Notes under the pieces: model-generated | Seen by the model: only the letters and a program-made list of their open reading frames with translations | Told to the model about the DNA's origin: nothing | Database searches by the model: none | In this document: positions 1 to 11,878 of the stretch, in pieces | Layout: every line of letters begins with the position of its first letter | Position numbering within the stretch: the first letter of the stretch is position 1 | NCBI GenBank assembly: GCA_000004985.1 | Contig: GG738854.1 | Length of the DNA stretch: 64,000 nucleotides | Origin: Naegleria gruberi | Lineage: Eukaryota | Reading direction: 5' to 3' (one strand) | Program-made: the position numbers and the translations under genes

Positions 1-142
1 TTGAAACAGTTGAAGTATTCGAAAATAAACGCCAATACAAAGGACAGTCATCAATCTGATAGGATTTAACTGAATTGACTGTCAGTGCAATGACAACAAG
101 CAGGAAGATATCACATAATAAAAGATTTTTGATTCTTGACAT
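1..142 (-). CDS. 5' end of a gene running off the window start; encodes a signal-peptide-like N-terminus (MSRIKNLLLCDIFLLVVIALTVNS...)
   Basis: ATG at 142-140 on the minus strand opens a frame that stays open to the window edge. Hydrophobic h-region; AT-rich 5' flank upstream. Too short to appear in the ORF track. Confidence 0.2.
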   Translation of the reverse strand, partial: MSRIKNLLLCDIFLLVVIALTVNSVKSYQIDDCPLYWRLFSNTSTVS

Positions 143-1623
143 TTTTTTTTGATGTGTTTGTGAAAGGTGAAATTCTCACTGACCTATTTCAATTATCTCT
201 AACGGTTGCTGCTGAAAGGGTCATCTACATTAGTAACTATTTTGCCAACATTTTTTAGCCATCGATTGAGGTTATTAGTTAAGGAATAGTTACAGTGAGG
301 ATAATACTGATCCAATTTAGTATTCGAATAAGAAACTTCCTGGAACTTCTGAAATGAAAACTAACAACAATGTAGTACACATCATTTCTCACTGAGTGTT
401 CTTGGAGCTTCTAGTGTATATCATTTTTATTGAAAAAGAAAATATGGAAATTCATTAAAGTTTGTAGAATTGTGAACCAACTCTATTCGAATGACAAGAT
501 TTTAAAATACCATCCTGTAGACCTCTAATGAATTAACTGTAAATATGATCCAAATAATGAATTGCTAAATTGTGTTTGATAAATGACAGATTCGAAAATG
601 AAACTAGTCGAATCTCAATTATAACAAAATAATTTCAAGACTACATTTTCATATAATTGACTTTGAAAAATCTGATGCTTACGGAGCTACTTTCCAATTT
701 GATATTCGAAACTTTACAGTTCCACATTTAGAAATCCTGAGTCTCAAATTGGATTCATATAAGCTTTGCAATCTGTTCCTTAAATTTCTTGTAAAGTTAC
801 AGGGCATTGGGGAATAAATCTGCAAGAATTATAAAATGTTAAAAAATTGTGTTTCTATTAACCTTTTATCCAAACGGAAAAATGTCGCAGATTTAAAAGC
901 GAAACTAGACGAATCTCAACACGATTATTAAGGATCAATTTTTTTCCCTGAACTCTAGTATTCATGCAGGTCGTGTTTTAGGTATTCCAGATAAAAACAT
1001 GAATGTATTCAAGGTTCAAGTTTTGTAACTTTCCTTTCCAATAAAACCAAACTAATCTTTGAGGATAATAAAAAGGTATTTAAATAGATGTTGCTTTCTA
1101 ACCGAGATACATGATACAATGCAATAATTGCCAAAATATTAAGAAAGGCGACAATTTCTTTTGGAATTTTTACTCAATTCTTGTCTTGTTTGTATAATAC
1201 GAAACTCACATTCTCAGCATTTCAATTTACTATCTCTTCTTCCTTTTGGTCAAAGATTAAAACCAAGCATTAGGACTCCCATAGTCATCAAACACCTCAC
1301 TTTTCTTCTATCCTTTTTTGACAACAATTTCCTTATATATACAAATTATTTGGATATGGTGAGCGTAAGTGAATCTTGTCAATTCAACTTCACGTTTTTT
1401 TAATAGTGGTTTTGCACCTGTTTTGTTTGAAACAAAATGATTTTCATTGTAAGTACACTTACCTTGTCAGTTGCCAACTATCATGATGACAGATTCTTTA
1501 AAGACCTTTCGTTTGCATTTTAAATATTAAACGCACAAAGTATTATGATTATTTAACGCTACAAATAAAAATTGTCAACTCATTGCCGGCGACTAGTTCA
1601 ATAATCGAGTTTCGGATAAGAAT

Positions 1624-2571
1624 ATGTTTAGGTCAACACCAAATTCTTTGAATTCTTCCATTGAAACAACCTATAGTTTAGGATCGACAAACTCACAAAC
1701 CTTTCTCTCTCTGGATATCGATGATTTTTGCGAATCCTATTCCAGACTAAAGTTATTAGAAAGGGATCCTGCTCAAGATGTGATTTCACCTACATTATCC
1801 AATTATACAATGATGAGAAATACGACAATTATTTCATCATCGCCAATTACTTCTCATCAAAACTCTACTCAACCAGAACTATTCGAAACCAATAGGCAAC
1901 AATTCTTCATTGATGAACCAGCTCAGTCATCATTAAATCAACAAGTTTCCAACAATGAATCATCCTTCTCCAAGTTTCTTGCCTTTCTCACAAAACAGGA
2001 TGAAGAGCAAAATTCAATTATTCTACAACATGGACCAATAGATTCGAATAATGTTAGTTCTTCACCACCGACAATGAATCGAATCAACAACCAGAATGTA
2101 GAACCATCGCCAAGAATACATCTATCGTCATCCACTTCTTTCAATCAGAAAAATTACCTTTCGAATAATGCTGATTCGCCGTCCAATGAAAGTGGAAACT
2201 TGCCTAATGTTGGAGAATCAACCAATAATCCAATTAACACTACTTCACCTTCTACCCCAACAAGTATCAATTCTCTCCTCCAAACCATTACTTCACCTTC
2301 GAATAGCTCCAATATGAATCCTAAGGATAGCAAGACTAAACTTGCTTCAAGTCCAAAACGAAAGAATTCAATCGTTTCCACCACTAATTCGAATAATACT
2401 TCCTCATCGTCATCCTCAAACATACCCACACTGATAAATACCAAGTTGACCAAACAAACTAAAACAACAAGGAAACGGAAAAACTCTTCCACTTCTCCAT
2501 CACAACTTTCAATGCAATTTAACTTCCCAATGTGGACTTTTCACTTTTCTAAGGGACGATCTAATAAATAA
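1624..2571 (+). CDS. Ser/Thr/Asn-rich low-complexity protein, function unknown
   Basis: 315-aa ORF with a true ATG at 1624; in-window sequence is low-complexity S/T/N-rich with no recognisable domain; GTAAGT-like sites occur downstream, so further exons are possible. Confidence 0.3.
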   Translation: MFRSTPNSLNSSIETTYSLGSTNSQTFLSLDIDDFCESYSRLKLLERDPAQDVISPTLSNYTMMRNTTIISSSPITSHQNSTQPELFETNRQQFFIDEPAQSSLNQQVSNNESSFSKFLAFLTKQDEEQNSIILQHGPIDSNNVSSSPPTMNRINNQNVEPSPRIHLSSSTSFNQKNYLSNNADSPSNESGNLPNVGESTNNPINTTSPSTPTSINSLLQTITSPSNSSNMNPKDSKTKLASSPKRKNSIVSTTNSNNTSSSSSSNIPTLINTKLTKQTKTTRKRKNSSTSPSQLSMQFNFPMWTFHFSKGRSNK

Positions 2572-3078
2572 GGATGATTCGAAATACAATTCATGGATCC
2601 AATGGTCTGTTGAAAGTATGTACTGGAATGTTAATTTAAAGTTGAGTACATTGTTTGTATGGTAAGTGTTATGTTTTCCTTTTTCGTGTAAGAAAATCAT
2701 ATTAGTGAACTAGATTCTTCTCTCGAGTTTGAAAGGTTGATCTAGGGTGGCTATCATACCAATAAAGGTACATTCAAAATATATCCTCGGTAAAAATATC
2801 CTTCCTTGATTTCTAATAATTACTAAATAATTATTTCTTACTTGGAATTGTAATGGTAAATAAAAGGAAGCAAGTCACCAATATTGAAATTTCTATTGTT
2901 CAATTATGTTGAGATATTTACAAATAGGTTTGTAGTAGACAAAATAACATTCCCAACCTAATTGACCATCTATCGTACGGTAGAAGGACCTAAATAAGTG
3001 TTTCTTCTGTAGTACATTGTAATTTTATACAACAAATTACAATTTATTTCCTCACTACTTCCAAATGATGATGTCATT

Positions 3079-4212
3079 TTAATTGTTTTTCCACTTGACA
3101 TAGAGCCAAATAGCAACCTTAATAAATACGAAAAATAAAATTGGTGCAGCAAAACAAAAACAAATAACTCCACCAGTAATGTAAGAAGTGTACAAGTCAC
3201 TGTATGGGTCCAGAGATACTGCTGTTTCATACTTGTTTGTGTAGCAATCTATCATTGAGGAAGAGGGCATAGAGAGGGAAAAAGAACTAGAGTAAGTTTT
3301 GGCAGAGGTCATGGTCACAACTTGATTTCCAACAGCTGAGCAAGTCAACCCAAATCCTTTTTTAGGATCTTGTTGAATTTTGGCACTGCCCAACCTTGGA
3401 AATGAAATGGTAAAGTAACAATAGGAATTCGATTTGTAATAGGAACAACCATTCAGAGTTGCATTACAACATCCTTGATGAACATAAGAAATTCCATTTG
3501 GATCATTATAGCAATAATAATCTGAATTAACAACTCCGTACAGAGCTCCACCTACTCCAAATAATGCCAGTGCAATGAGAACCAGCAAGACACCTCCACC
3601 ATAAATAACGAGTATTCCCTTGGTTTTTGCTGAGCAATCACAATCAATTGAAGAAAATGATGGGCATGAACATGAAATTGTTGGACATTTCCAACTTGTT
3701 CTTCTTCTACTATTGTAATTAGAAGAGGTATTATTGGTAGCACTGTAATTATTATTATTCGAATAGGTTGTGGTTGCAGCTGGTGCAGTTTCCGAAACAG
3801 CCGAAATATTTGAACTATTTGCCAATTCTCTCTGAATGACAGGATCCACTTTCACGTCATCATTATGAATTTTCTGTGGAGGTAAATTCACAACATTCTC
3901 AACTGGTCTTTCACTAATTACCACAATACTCGGTTCACTCACAGGAGGAGCTTGATTCGAATAATCACCACCACCTCCAGAATAATACTGATTAGTATAA
4001 TTAGTATCACTATTCGGATAGGAAGAATAATATTGTGTTGTTGATGAAGATGCTGAATCAATAATGACAGGTGTCGATGATTCAGAGCCATTTCCTCCAT
4101 TTCCACCAACAACATAGGAAGGAACATATGGATTGTAATAATTTACATAACCTCCAACTCCACTTTGATTTGTATCGTTATTTTGTTGTTGTTGTTCTTC
4201 ATACGGATTCAT
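3079..4212 (-). CDS. Cys-rich membrane protein with Tyr/Gly/Gln-rich N-terminal region and two predicted TM helices; function unknown
   Basis: 377-aa ORF with a true ATG at 4212. Hydrophobic stretches ILVIYGGGVLLVLIALALFGVGG and ITGGVICFCFAAPILFFVFIKVAIW. Cys cluster WKCPTISCSCPSFSSIDCDCS. Confidence 0.5.
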   Translation of the reverse strand: MNPYEEQQQQNNDTNQSGVGGYVNYYNPYVPSYVVGGNGGNGSESSTPVIIDSASSSTTQYYSSYPNSDTNYTNQYYSGGGGDYSNQAPPVSEPSIVVISERPVENVVNLPPQKIHNDDVKVDPVIQRELANSSNISAVSETAPAATTTYSNNNNYSATNNTSSNYNSRRRTSWKCPTISCSCPSFSSIDCDCSAKTKGILVIYGGGVLLVLIALALFGVGGALYGVVNSDYYCYNDPNGISYVHQGCCNATLNGCSYYKSNSYCYFTISFPRLGSAKIQQDPKKGFGLTCSAVGNQVVTMTSAKTYSSSFSLSMPSSSMIDCYTNKYETAVSLDPYSDLYTSYITGGVICFCFAAPILFFVFIKVAIWLYVKWKNN

Positions 4213-4748
4213 TTCTTCAAATTCTCTAGTTTGTTGTTTTTTAATTAAAAAGAAAATAGATAACTCTTTTATCCTTCAAATAAATGTTGAAGTTTGGCAG
4301 GTAAGTTTTTTAGTTTTTTCTAAAGATGTTTTTATATTTGGGAAGGAGATGTAAGGGTTAAAGTTCCACCAAAATGCCCTTTGAACTTGTTTGGAACTAG
4401 TAGTTTCGATCTTTCCAAATTCTTTCCAATCCAACATGTAATTTCATTTACAGTTTAAATAAAATCAAAATGCAAGTTGTTCAAAAAAAATAGTAATCAT
4501 CATTTTGAGGAAATCAAAATTTAAAATTAAGGAAAAACATTTTGCAAAGACAAAATTCTTTTTCCTCATTTCTCAATAAATTGTAATTTCACATGTTTTC
4601 TAAAACAATTTTTTGTCATTTATGAGAGGGATATTATTCAATATGAAAAACATTACTTAATTTTATTAAATATTAATATTTTTATATTATTAAATATTAA
4701 TTAAATAAAATATTATTTGATTATTTATTTATTTAAATTCAAAAAAAA

Positions 4749-7569
4749 ATGAGTGGATCGGCAGGGAAGGATTTTTCTCATTCTTTGCAAATCCACCTCA
4801 AACAAGCCTTGTTTTATTCATTGTATGGAAGAGTTTCGGAATTGGAAGGTGGAAATTATGAAAACAAAAAACGAGGAAATTCAATGGAAAAGATTGGAAA
4901 GAGGCTTTTGAAGGAATACGAGACAATTATTGAGTGGATGGAAAATGATGGAAGGGAAAATTCATCATCGTTGAATGAATGTAAATGTCTGTTTATGGAT
5001 TGGAATTTATTGAAGAGGAGGTTTAATTATTTAAAATTCAAGTTTTATGCTTCGTTTGTGGAGAGGACACGAAAATTAGATTCAATGATGAAGTGGTTTG
5101 CTAAATTTACGAGAATGATAGTGTTTCCGATTAGAATGCTGAGGAGATTGATATTCTCATCGATGAAAATTCATATCAATTCCGAGTTGAAATCATTGAT
5201 AATTGTTCCGAGAGAAAAGCTGTCGTGGATTGTGTTATTTTCAGATAGAGTCTTGTCGAGTCATTCCAGTATTGCTCAATTATTTACTTGTTGGAAGCAT
5301 GTAAAGGCAGAAATTGAACGAGTGAAAAAATTGAGGTATGGAACGATTGTGGAGAGATTACAGCTCTATTTGGTATTTAGAAAATTGAGTTTAAGACTGG
5401 AGCAACAATCGCGTCATCACTCTTCACATACTCGATTTTTACTAGATTTTGGTTTGAAAGGATTGGAAAAATTCGAGCATGATGTTCACCATTTGAAAAA
5501 GCAACCACTCTCTCCTTCTATTGATAGCTTTGTGCACTTGGCCAAAGTTTACAATCCCATCGAGAATGAAGAGTATTCTGGTATACTCACTTTCGAAATG
5601 CTAGATAATTTATTGGGACATGTTGGTGTAAAATCAACATTTATGGAAAAAAGCGAGGATATAACAATGATATTTTCCAGAATATTGGATTCAATGGAAG
5701 TAATTTCAAATAAGTGTATTAGGAATTTACTATCAAAAGTCAAAGTAAATGGAAAGATAGAAAGGAATCAACATGTCTCAAAATCTCACCTCTACAAATC
5801 GTTCAATGTTTGGAAGTCCATGTTTTCAAAAACAGACAACTCTAAAATCTATCCCTACTGGGAAGAAATTGAGGAATTTATGGATACGTTCATACATATG
5901 AAAGGAAGCACAATCATAAGCTTTTTCATGTATCTTTTCAATGTGAAGACCCTTATAGAATTTATAACTTGTAAACTTCGAGGAACATTTGTAAATGTAA
6001 ATATTAATCAATCTGTAGAGAGCACACTACACCAAGCAAGTGACATGTTGATGAATTTGGAATCAGGACTCAATGAGGAATATTCTGTATTTTCCTTTTC
6101 ATATTTGAGACAAAGTATTGGAGAGATTTGTAATTTTGAAGAATTATTGGAAGAAATAGATTCCAATAGAAAGAAACATGCTCTTCAAAATTTTATTATT
6201 GTAAGTGCTTTAAGTTATTAATTATAATTTTATTCAATATGAAAATGTAGGACCGAATAATTGATAGATTATTCTGTGCATACTTTTTAAAGCAGACTAT
6301 TTCTAAATTAAATAACTCTGCTCAAACTAACTTGTTACAAACTAACTGGATTTTGGAGAATTTTCCATACAAGTTTATGAATGATTTTGTAAATTTGCAA
6401 TCAGAGAGAGGTCAACATTTTTCTACGAAAGTGGATTATTTTATTACTTGTTTAAAGGCAGAATCAACGAGCTCTTTGCAAGAATCTTCTCTCCTCAATT
6501 ATTTACTTTCAATTTATTCAGAAATTAAAACGTAAGTTTATTAAGAACATAAATAGAGATGAAAATCAGCAGTGCTAACGAAAATCCTCTGAAGAAATCA
6601 TTTTTGGGAATATTATCAGAAATACTAGTGGAACACAATGAAACCTCGAATTCGCTTGTTCAAATTTTGAGTAGAAAACTGTCAGGTTTTAACAGAAAAT
6701 ATGTAAAACGATTTTCCAATAGAATTATTAATGATGAAATGGAAATGCTAGCCATGATTAGCAACAATGAATCTGAAACTGTTTCGGAATGGATCACATC
6801 CATGCGAAAGGACTTAATTTTGAAAATGCTCTATTCGTGCTACATTTCTCAAACGGCAAAGTATGCAATTTTAAACAAACTCTTAGAAAATAGAGAACCA
6901 ATCCAGAGAAGTAATATTTTACTTTCCGTCTTGGTTCACTATTCGAGCATTGTAACTGTTGGTACCAATTTATGGATTGAAAACCAAATTCGCTCCCTAT
7001 TGGAAAGGAAAAAACTTGGGCTTATTGAGGATGAAACCATTTTATTGATAAGGAGCTTTAAAGCATTTAGAATTGACAAAATGGAACAATCAGCTGGCCC
7101 TTTAAATTATAATTATGATGGAACCTGGTTTGCTCAACAATTGAAGCTCAATAGAGATTGGAATGAATTGATGCGAAAGATTGCAGATGAAAAGCAACTC
7201 TCAACCATCACAAAAACTCTCTACGCAGCCAATCCTAAGAAGATTGGTAAGATTAAATATGGGAAAAGATGGTATGATGATAATTTGGAGCCAGATAAAT
7301 GGAAACTCAATCCTGAGGATAAAACATGGGAATATGATAAGAGAACACAACAAAAGAATCGATCTAATGATGTCACTAACTCGGAAGAAATTAATCTTAC
7401 TATCAATGATACTTGGCACTTGACTATTAGTACAAAAACATTTTTAATTAACGATCCATCATTCCAAAGAATGATAGTTCCAAAACAAGAAAATAATTCA
7501 TCACTGTGTTCTCTATCAGCATGGGAATCATTAGCCTTGTGTAAATTTACGGAATCAATTCAAAATTAA
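4749..7569 (+). CDS. Hypothetical protein, about 820 aa, three exons
   Basis: Exon 1 4749-6200 ends in phase 0 at GTAAGT. A 50-nt intron (6201-6250, ...tgtag) leads to exon 2 6251-6531, which ends at a second GTAAGT in phase 2. The only in-phase acceptor that keeps the 6559 frame open is cag at 6567-6569 (or 6570-6572), so exon 3 starts about 6570 and runs to 7569. No recognisable domain. Confidence 0.5.
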
Positions 7570-7577
7570 TAAATTGT

Positions 7578-9704
7578 CTAGAGTAATGGATGAGGAGCTT
7601 CTTCAGATGGTGGATTCTCTTTCTTTTGAGTTTCAAAAATTTCTTTAGATGGAACCTTTTGAATGGCATTCTTGACAGGGAGTGGAGAATCGTGGAAATC
7701 TATTATTCCAGAACTGGAAGGTTTTTCATCTTTTGGAGGTGTATTTACAGTATCATCCTTTGTTTCATCAGTTTCACGTGGCGATTTTGGTGAAAGCTTT
7801 TTCATAATCCACTCAATTTCTCTATCTTCAAAAGGTAATTGGAATTTGAGACAATCTCTCACATGTTTCAATTCAGCCACAGACATTAATAATCTATCCT
7901 CATCCATTTTTCCACTATATTCGAAATTAAAATTATAATTGAAAATTAAAAGTCAGTTAAACATTCACAATAGAAACACTTACTCTAAAGCCATTTCTTG
8001 TAATACATTTAAAACTACATCAACAACATCACCCAACTTCTTTTCCTTAGCAACATAGGATTGAGCTTCATTGGAATAAGAGTGGTGTGAAGTTGCCATT
8101 GTTCTTATGGAAGGGGTTGGATTATTGAGTGGTTTAATCTTTCCAGGGAATAATTGACCAACACCACCGAATAAAGAAGGGGATGGTTTGCTATTTGTAG
8201 TGCCATTACCATTTGTTTTCTTTGGTGAAACTGAATTTGAAGAAGAGGTTGGTTGAGGAATGAGCTTTGATGTCTTGATGCTTCTCTCAGTGATTGGCAC
8301 ATCCTTTTGCATTCTTTGGAAAGGAGATGAATCAACTTCTTGTGCAACTTGCTTTACAGCCATGAGGGGAGTAGCAGTTGGTGAAACATCATTCGTCAAG
8401 GGCTCCATAGATGGAAGCAAACTGTTTGGTCTAGATCTTGACTCTAAGGCTTGCTCAATGAAAATGTGTACATCCTCAACAGGTGGATATCTCATCAATC
8501 TCTTCAAGCAATAACTTGAATCAGAGGCGAGCAAACTCTTTCTAATATAGTGCAACATGGCAACTGAGATGTGTTCAACGAGTGAGAGATCAATATCCGA
8601 TGAAGAAACCTTCTCAGCTCTGAAACCTCCACAATCCGAGAATATTGCATCCCACAAAATGATTGCATCATCAATGTGGAATTCTCTACCGAAAAGTAAT
8701 CTGACCCATCTCAATAAATATATTTGTGGTTCAATTGCCATCTTGATGAGATGTCTGTACAGTTCTGGATCTTTCTTTTCGAGGAGTAAGTATTGAATTC
8801 TATTTGAAATTTTGAAAATCGGTAAATCATAAGCATCAATCTTTCTTTCTCTATTTAACATTTCATCGAGTGGACTCTTGGTAGCAATTTTGGAAAGAGT
8901 ATTTTGAACCACTGGTTTTTCATTAACAAGGAAGAACTCTTTCATTTTGCTCATTAATTTCTCAAAGAGGCAATATGTATCATGCTCCAAATATTTACGA
9001 TCCAACAAGTTCAGAATGAGTTTCAATTTTTGATCCTCCTCCTCAGTCATCATGTATTCATATTTGGAAATATCTTGGGCATCTCTATATACAACTAACA
9101 AAATTGGTGACAATAACTCGTGCATTCCTTGTCTGTACGAAATATCATCATTTTCTTTCGACCAAATAAATAACATTCTCTTTAAATAATTTTGAATTTC
9201 TTCAGTTCTAAAGAATGGATATTCTGGATACAATCTCTTTAAATCTTGAACAATAACCTTTTCCAATTCTGAATTTTCAAAGAATTCAGACCAAGGATTC
9301 TATTTTCAAATGATAATATCATCATCATCATTAATTGATAATAGATTTTAATAGAATTCATTAATTTGAAATAATGTTAATAAATCCACATTGTTTAAAC
9401 AATAACCTACCGATTGTGATTGTGAAAGAGGATCACAAAATGTAACATCAACAACATCATCCTCTGATGAATTTGCTGCTTGTGTTTTTCTTGGATCAAT
9501 TTCATGCTTTTTAATCAAATCCTCATATCTGGCTCTATCATTATTCACTTTAGCATTCCAATGATCAGTTCCTTCCTTCTTATTCAGTGGAAGTAATCCG
9601 AGAAATATCTTCCAAATGATGGAACGTATGGTTGATTGTCCCAAATTACCAGACAAGGATTTTGTACATAATCCTTGAAGAAGAGAAGTTGAATCTCGAG
9701 ACAT
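7578..9704 (-). CDS. TBC-domain Rab GTPase-activating protein (TBC1D22/Gyp1-like)
   Basis: Exon 1 9704-9411 carries RSIIWKIFLGLLP (RxxxW motif) and ends ...PLSQSQS|GTAGGT. A 111-nt intron spans 9300-9410. Exon 2 9299-7984/7980 carries NPWSEFFENSELEKVIVQDLKRLYPEYPFF (IxxDxxR arginine finger) and YRQGMHEL (YxQ glutamine finger). A consensus GTAAGT overlaps the stop at 7980-7985, and an in-frame acceptor at 7915-7916 would add a third exon 7914-7578 (MDEDRLL...); this last exon is tentative. Confidence 0.8.
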
Positions 9705-10369
9705 GATGATTTGTTCAAATTCCTTACTAATTAAAATTAATATTAATTGATAATATTCCGAAATTTAAATATATTTAAATATTTTAATATTATTATTAAT
9801 CATAATGATAATTCCAATAATTTAGACCATATTCCAATATATTGTAATCCATTCATTACACGATATTAACATAAAATAATTATAGTAAACAATTTTCATC
9901 ATCATACAAAAATCAAACTCTTCTTTCTCTAACAAAAAACACGTACATTTGCAACATGAAATCATTCACTCTAACCGAGAGAAAAATCTCTTCGTCTTCC
10001 TCATAGGCTGGTTGTGAATTCATTTTAATTATTGTGTGTGCTTCATGTTTGGAGCATTCTCCGAACTATGTTGCTAATCCATCAACACAATATTGCCACA
10101 TCACTTTGCAAAGGCTTGTTGGAGTTTCGCGCCCAAAAAATATCTTGTGTAACGGTCAAAAAAATCATCAAAAAGTGTCTCGGCATGAGATTATTAGGTC
10201 GGAGTTTGATTGTATGAAGAATTGAGTGGATTCATGTATTCATCAATGTATGAGTTTATAGTATGATAGTAGATAAGTGGTGGAGTGATGAAAATTTGTT
10301 ATTTATTTACAAGGAAGAAATACATTCGATTATGAATTTCAAATTGTTGATTACGGAATTATTCTGGTA

Positions 10370-11464
10370 TTATTTCTTCTTTTCCTGCTTGAGCTTCTTT
10401 TCAAGTGCACTGTTGAAACCATTATTTGCATGCGAACCTGAATGGTTTTGTGATTTATGTTTGCCCAAATTTTCTCGACTAGCATAACGCTTTCTATGAT
10501 TGACAAACCATGTCTCTAGTTGTTCCTTGGTCATGCTATATTCAATCTCCTTCAATAGTTCTTGCTTCTGTTCCTCACTTGGATAGGGATAGTCGGGATT
10601 ACGTATTATGAAGTTTTTGAGAATATCAGTGTGTGCCTTACTGTAGGTGGTTCTTTTTCTCTTCCTCTTTGTCTTCTCTTCATTAGAGTCCTTGGTAGAT
10701 TTGGATTTGGAGGATGTAACTTTGGAAGAAACTGATTTGCTTCTTGTGATACGAATTGTTTCAACATCACTATCAGAGGTAGGATCGAAAGAAGTGTCTT
10801 CATCTTCATCTGAGGAAGAGCTTTCATCAGAATCTGAATCCATTGTCTTTCTCTTCTTTGATTGAGGTTCTTCTGCTTGAGATCTCAAATTATAATTCTT
10901 TTTCACACCATCCTTTGTTGTTGATGTAGAACCATTATGTTTTGACTCTACAGAGGTAGTAGGAGAATGAATTGAATCTCCTTGTGCACAAGGAGAATCC
11001 ACCTTCTTCAAATCTCTATAGTACTGTATAAATTTCTGCTCTACTGGTTCTACTTCCTGTAATAATTTAAGAGAACGAGAATCTATTGCACACACCAATT
11101 GGTCAAACATTTTGGATAAATCCCTTCCTGGAATTGTTAATGGAATTATATTCTCTTGTAGTGGATTGGAAAGAAAAGATATTTGATTGGTATCTTTAAA
11201 TAATTCATTGAAATGAAGGAATTCATCATCCTCAAAAGCAAAGCATTCAGTATCTGTCAGATAACTCAAGATGCTATCACAACAAGACCAAGGTTTACTT
11301 GCTTTCATATTTGCTTTTTTGTTTAAGGATTGCATTTTGATGTCATCCCTCAATTGAGTCCTATTAATTCGTCTTTGAGAGGCCATCAATGACTGAACTC
11401 TACGGAATTGATTCCATTCTCTCCAATCTGATGTACCCATCAAATAGACATCCATCATTAACAT
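10370..11464 (-). CDS. TALE-class homeodomain transcription factor
   Basis: Homeodomain KRKRKRTTYSKAHTDILKNFIIRNPDYPYPSEEQKQELLKEIEYSMTKEQLETWFVNHRKRY shows the three-residue PYP loop extension between helices 1 and 2 and the WFxNxR recognition helix. Upstream acidic Ser/Asp-rich tract. True ATG at 11464 directly follows an in-frame stop. Confidence 0.8.
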   Translation of the reverse strand: MLMMDVYLMGTSDWREWNQFRRVQSLMASQRRINRTQLRDDIKMQSLNKKANMKASKPWSCCDSILSYLTDTECFAFEDDEFLHFNELFKDTNQISFLSNPLQENIIPLTIPGRDLSKMFDQLVCAIDSRSLKLLQEVEPVEQKFIQYYRDLKKVDSPCAQGDSIHSPTTSVESKHNGSTSTTKDGVKKNYNLRSQAEEPQSKKRKTMDSDSDESSSSDEDEDTSFDPTSDSDVETIRITRSKSVSSKVTSSKSKSTKDSNEEKTKRKRKRTTYSKAHTDILKNFIIRNPDYPYPSEEQKQELLKEIEYSMTKEQLETWFVNHRKRYASRENLGKHKSQNHSGSHANNGFNSALEKKLKQEKKK

Positions 11465-11878
11465 GTTCTAAAAATTAACAATTTTACATGTTGTTAATAA
11501 TTAACATTTGATTTGCCATATTGAAAATTTTCATATGTTCAAATCTGACCAGTACCCTTATTATTATTTAAGTCGATCATCACACTTTACAACTTCAACA
11601 TTGGAAATGAAAATCGCAACGATGAACTCGGCATTCAGCACACCATGAACAAGTAAACACATTGATCCAAAAATAAAATCGAAAAAAAATTCGCAGGGAG
11701 TTTTTTCATAATCGTCGCATTAAATTTATAATTGCTCTGCTCCTCTGCTTGCTGTATTTGTGTGATTCATCATCAATTCTGTACAACAATAAGAATATTT
11801 TGTATTTTAAATAGTATTAATACTATATAAACATCATCAGTAGTATATACTTCTGCTAGAGATTTCGAGAGTTTCAAA
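11465..11878. promoter_or_regulatory. Shared divergent 5' intergenic region between the TALE homeobox gene (minus) and Cul3 (plus)
   Basis: 414 bp AT-rich spacer between two ATGs that face away from each other; no ORF. Confidence 0.3.

Noticed and set aside
1938-2492. Short ORFs on the opposite strand or in alternative frames inside longer genes (also 7181-7423, 12681-13219, 13410-14296, 15851-16176, 22704-23084, 28866-29286, 41341-41649, 43821-44045, 51744-52037, 58298-58533)
   Set aside because: Fully nested in better-supported CDSs on the other strand or frame, low-complexity translation, no start context. Typical antisense shadows of AT-rich coding sequence.
6532-6558. A 25-nt intron joining the 6332-6535 exon directly to the ATG at 6559
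   Set aside because: No acceptor in that interval has a compatible phase. The only in-phase AG that keeps the frame open lies at 6567-6569 (or 6570-6572), giving a 38-41-nt intron instead.
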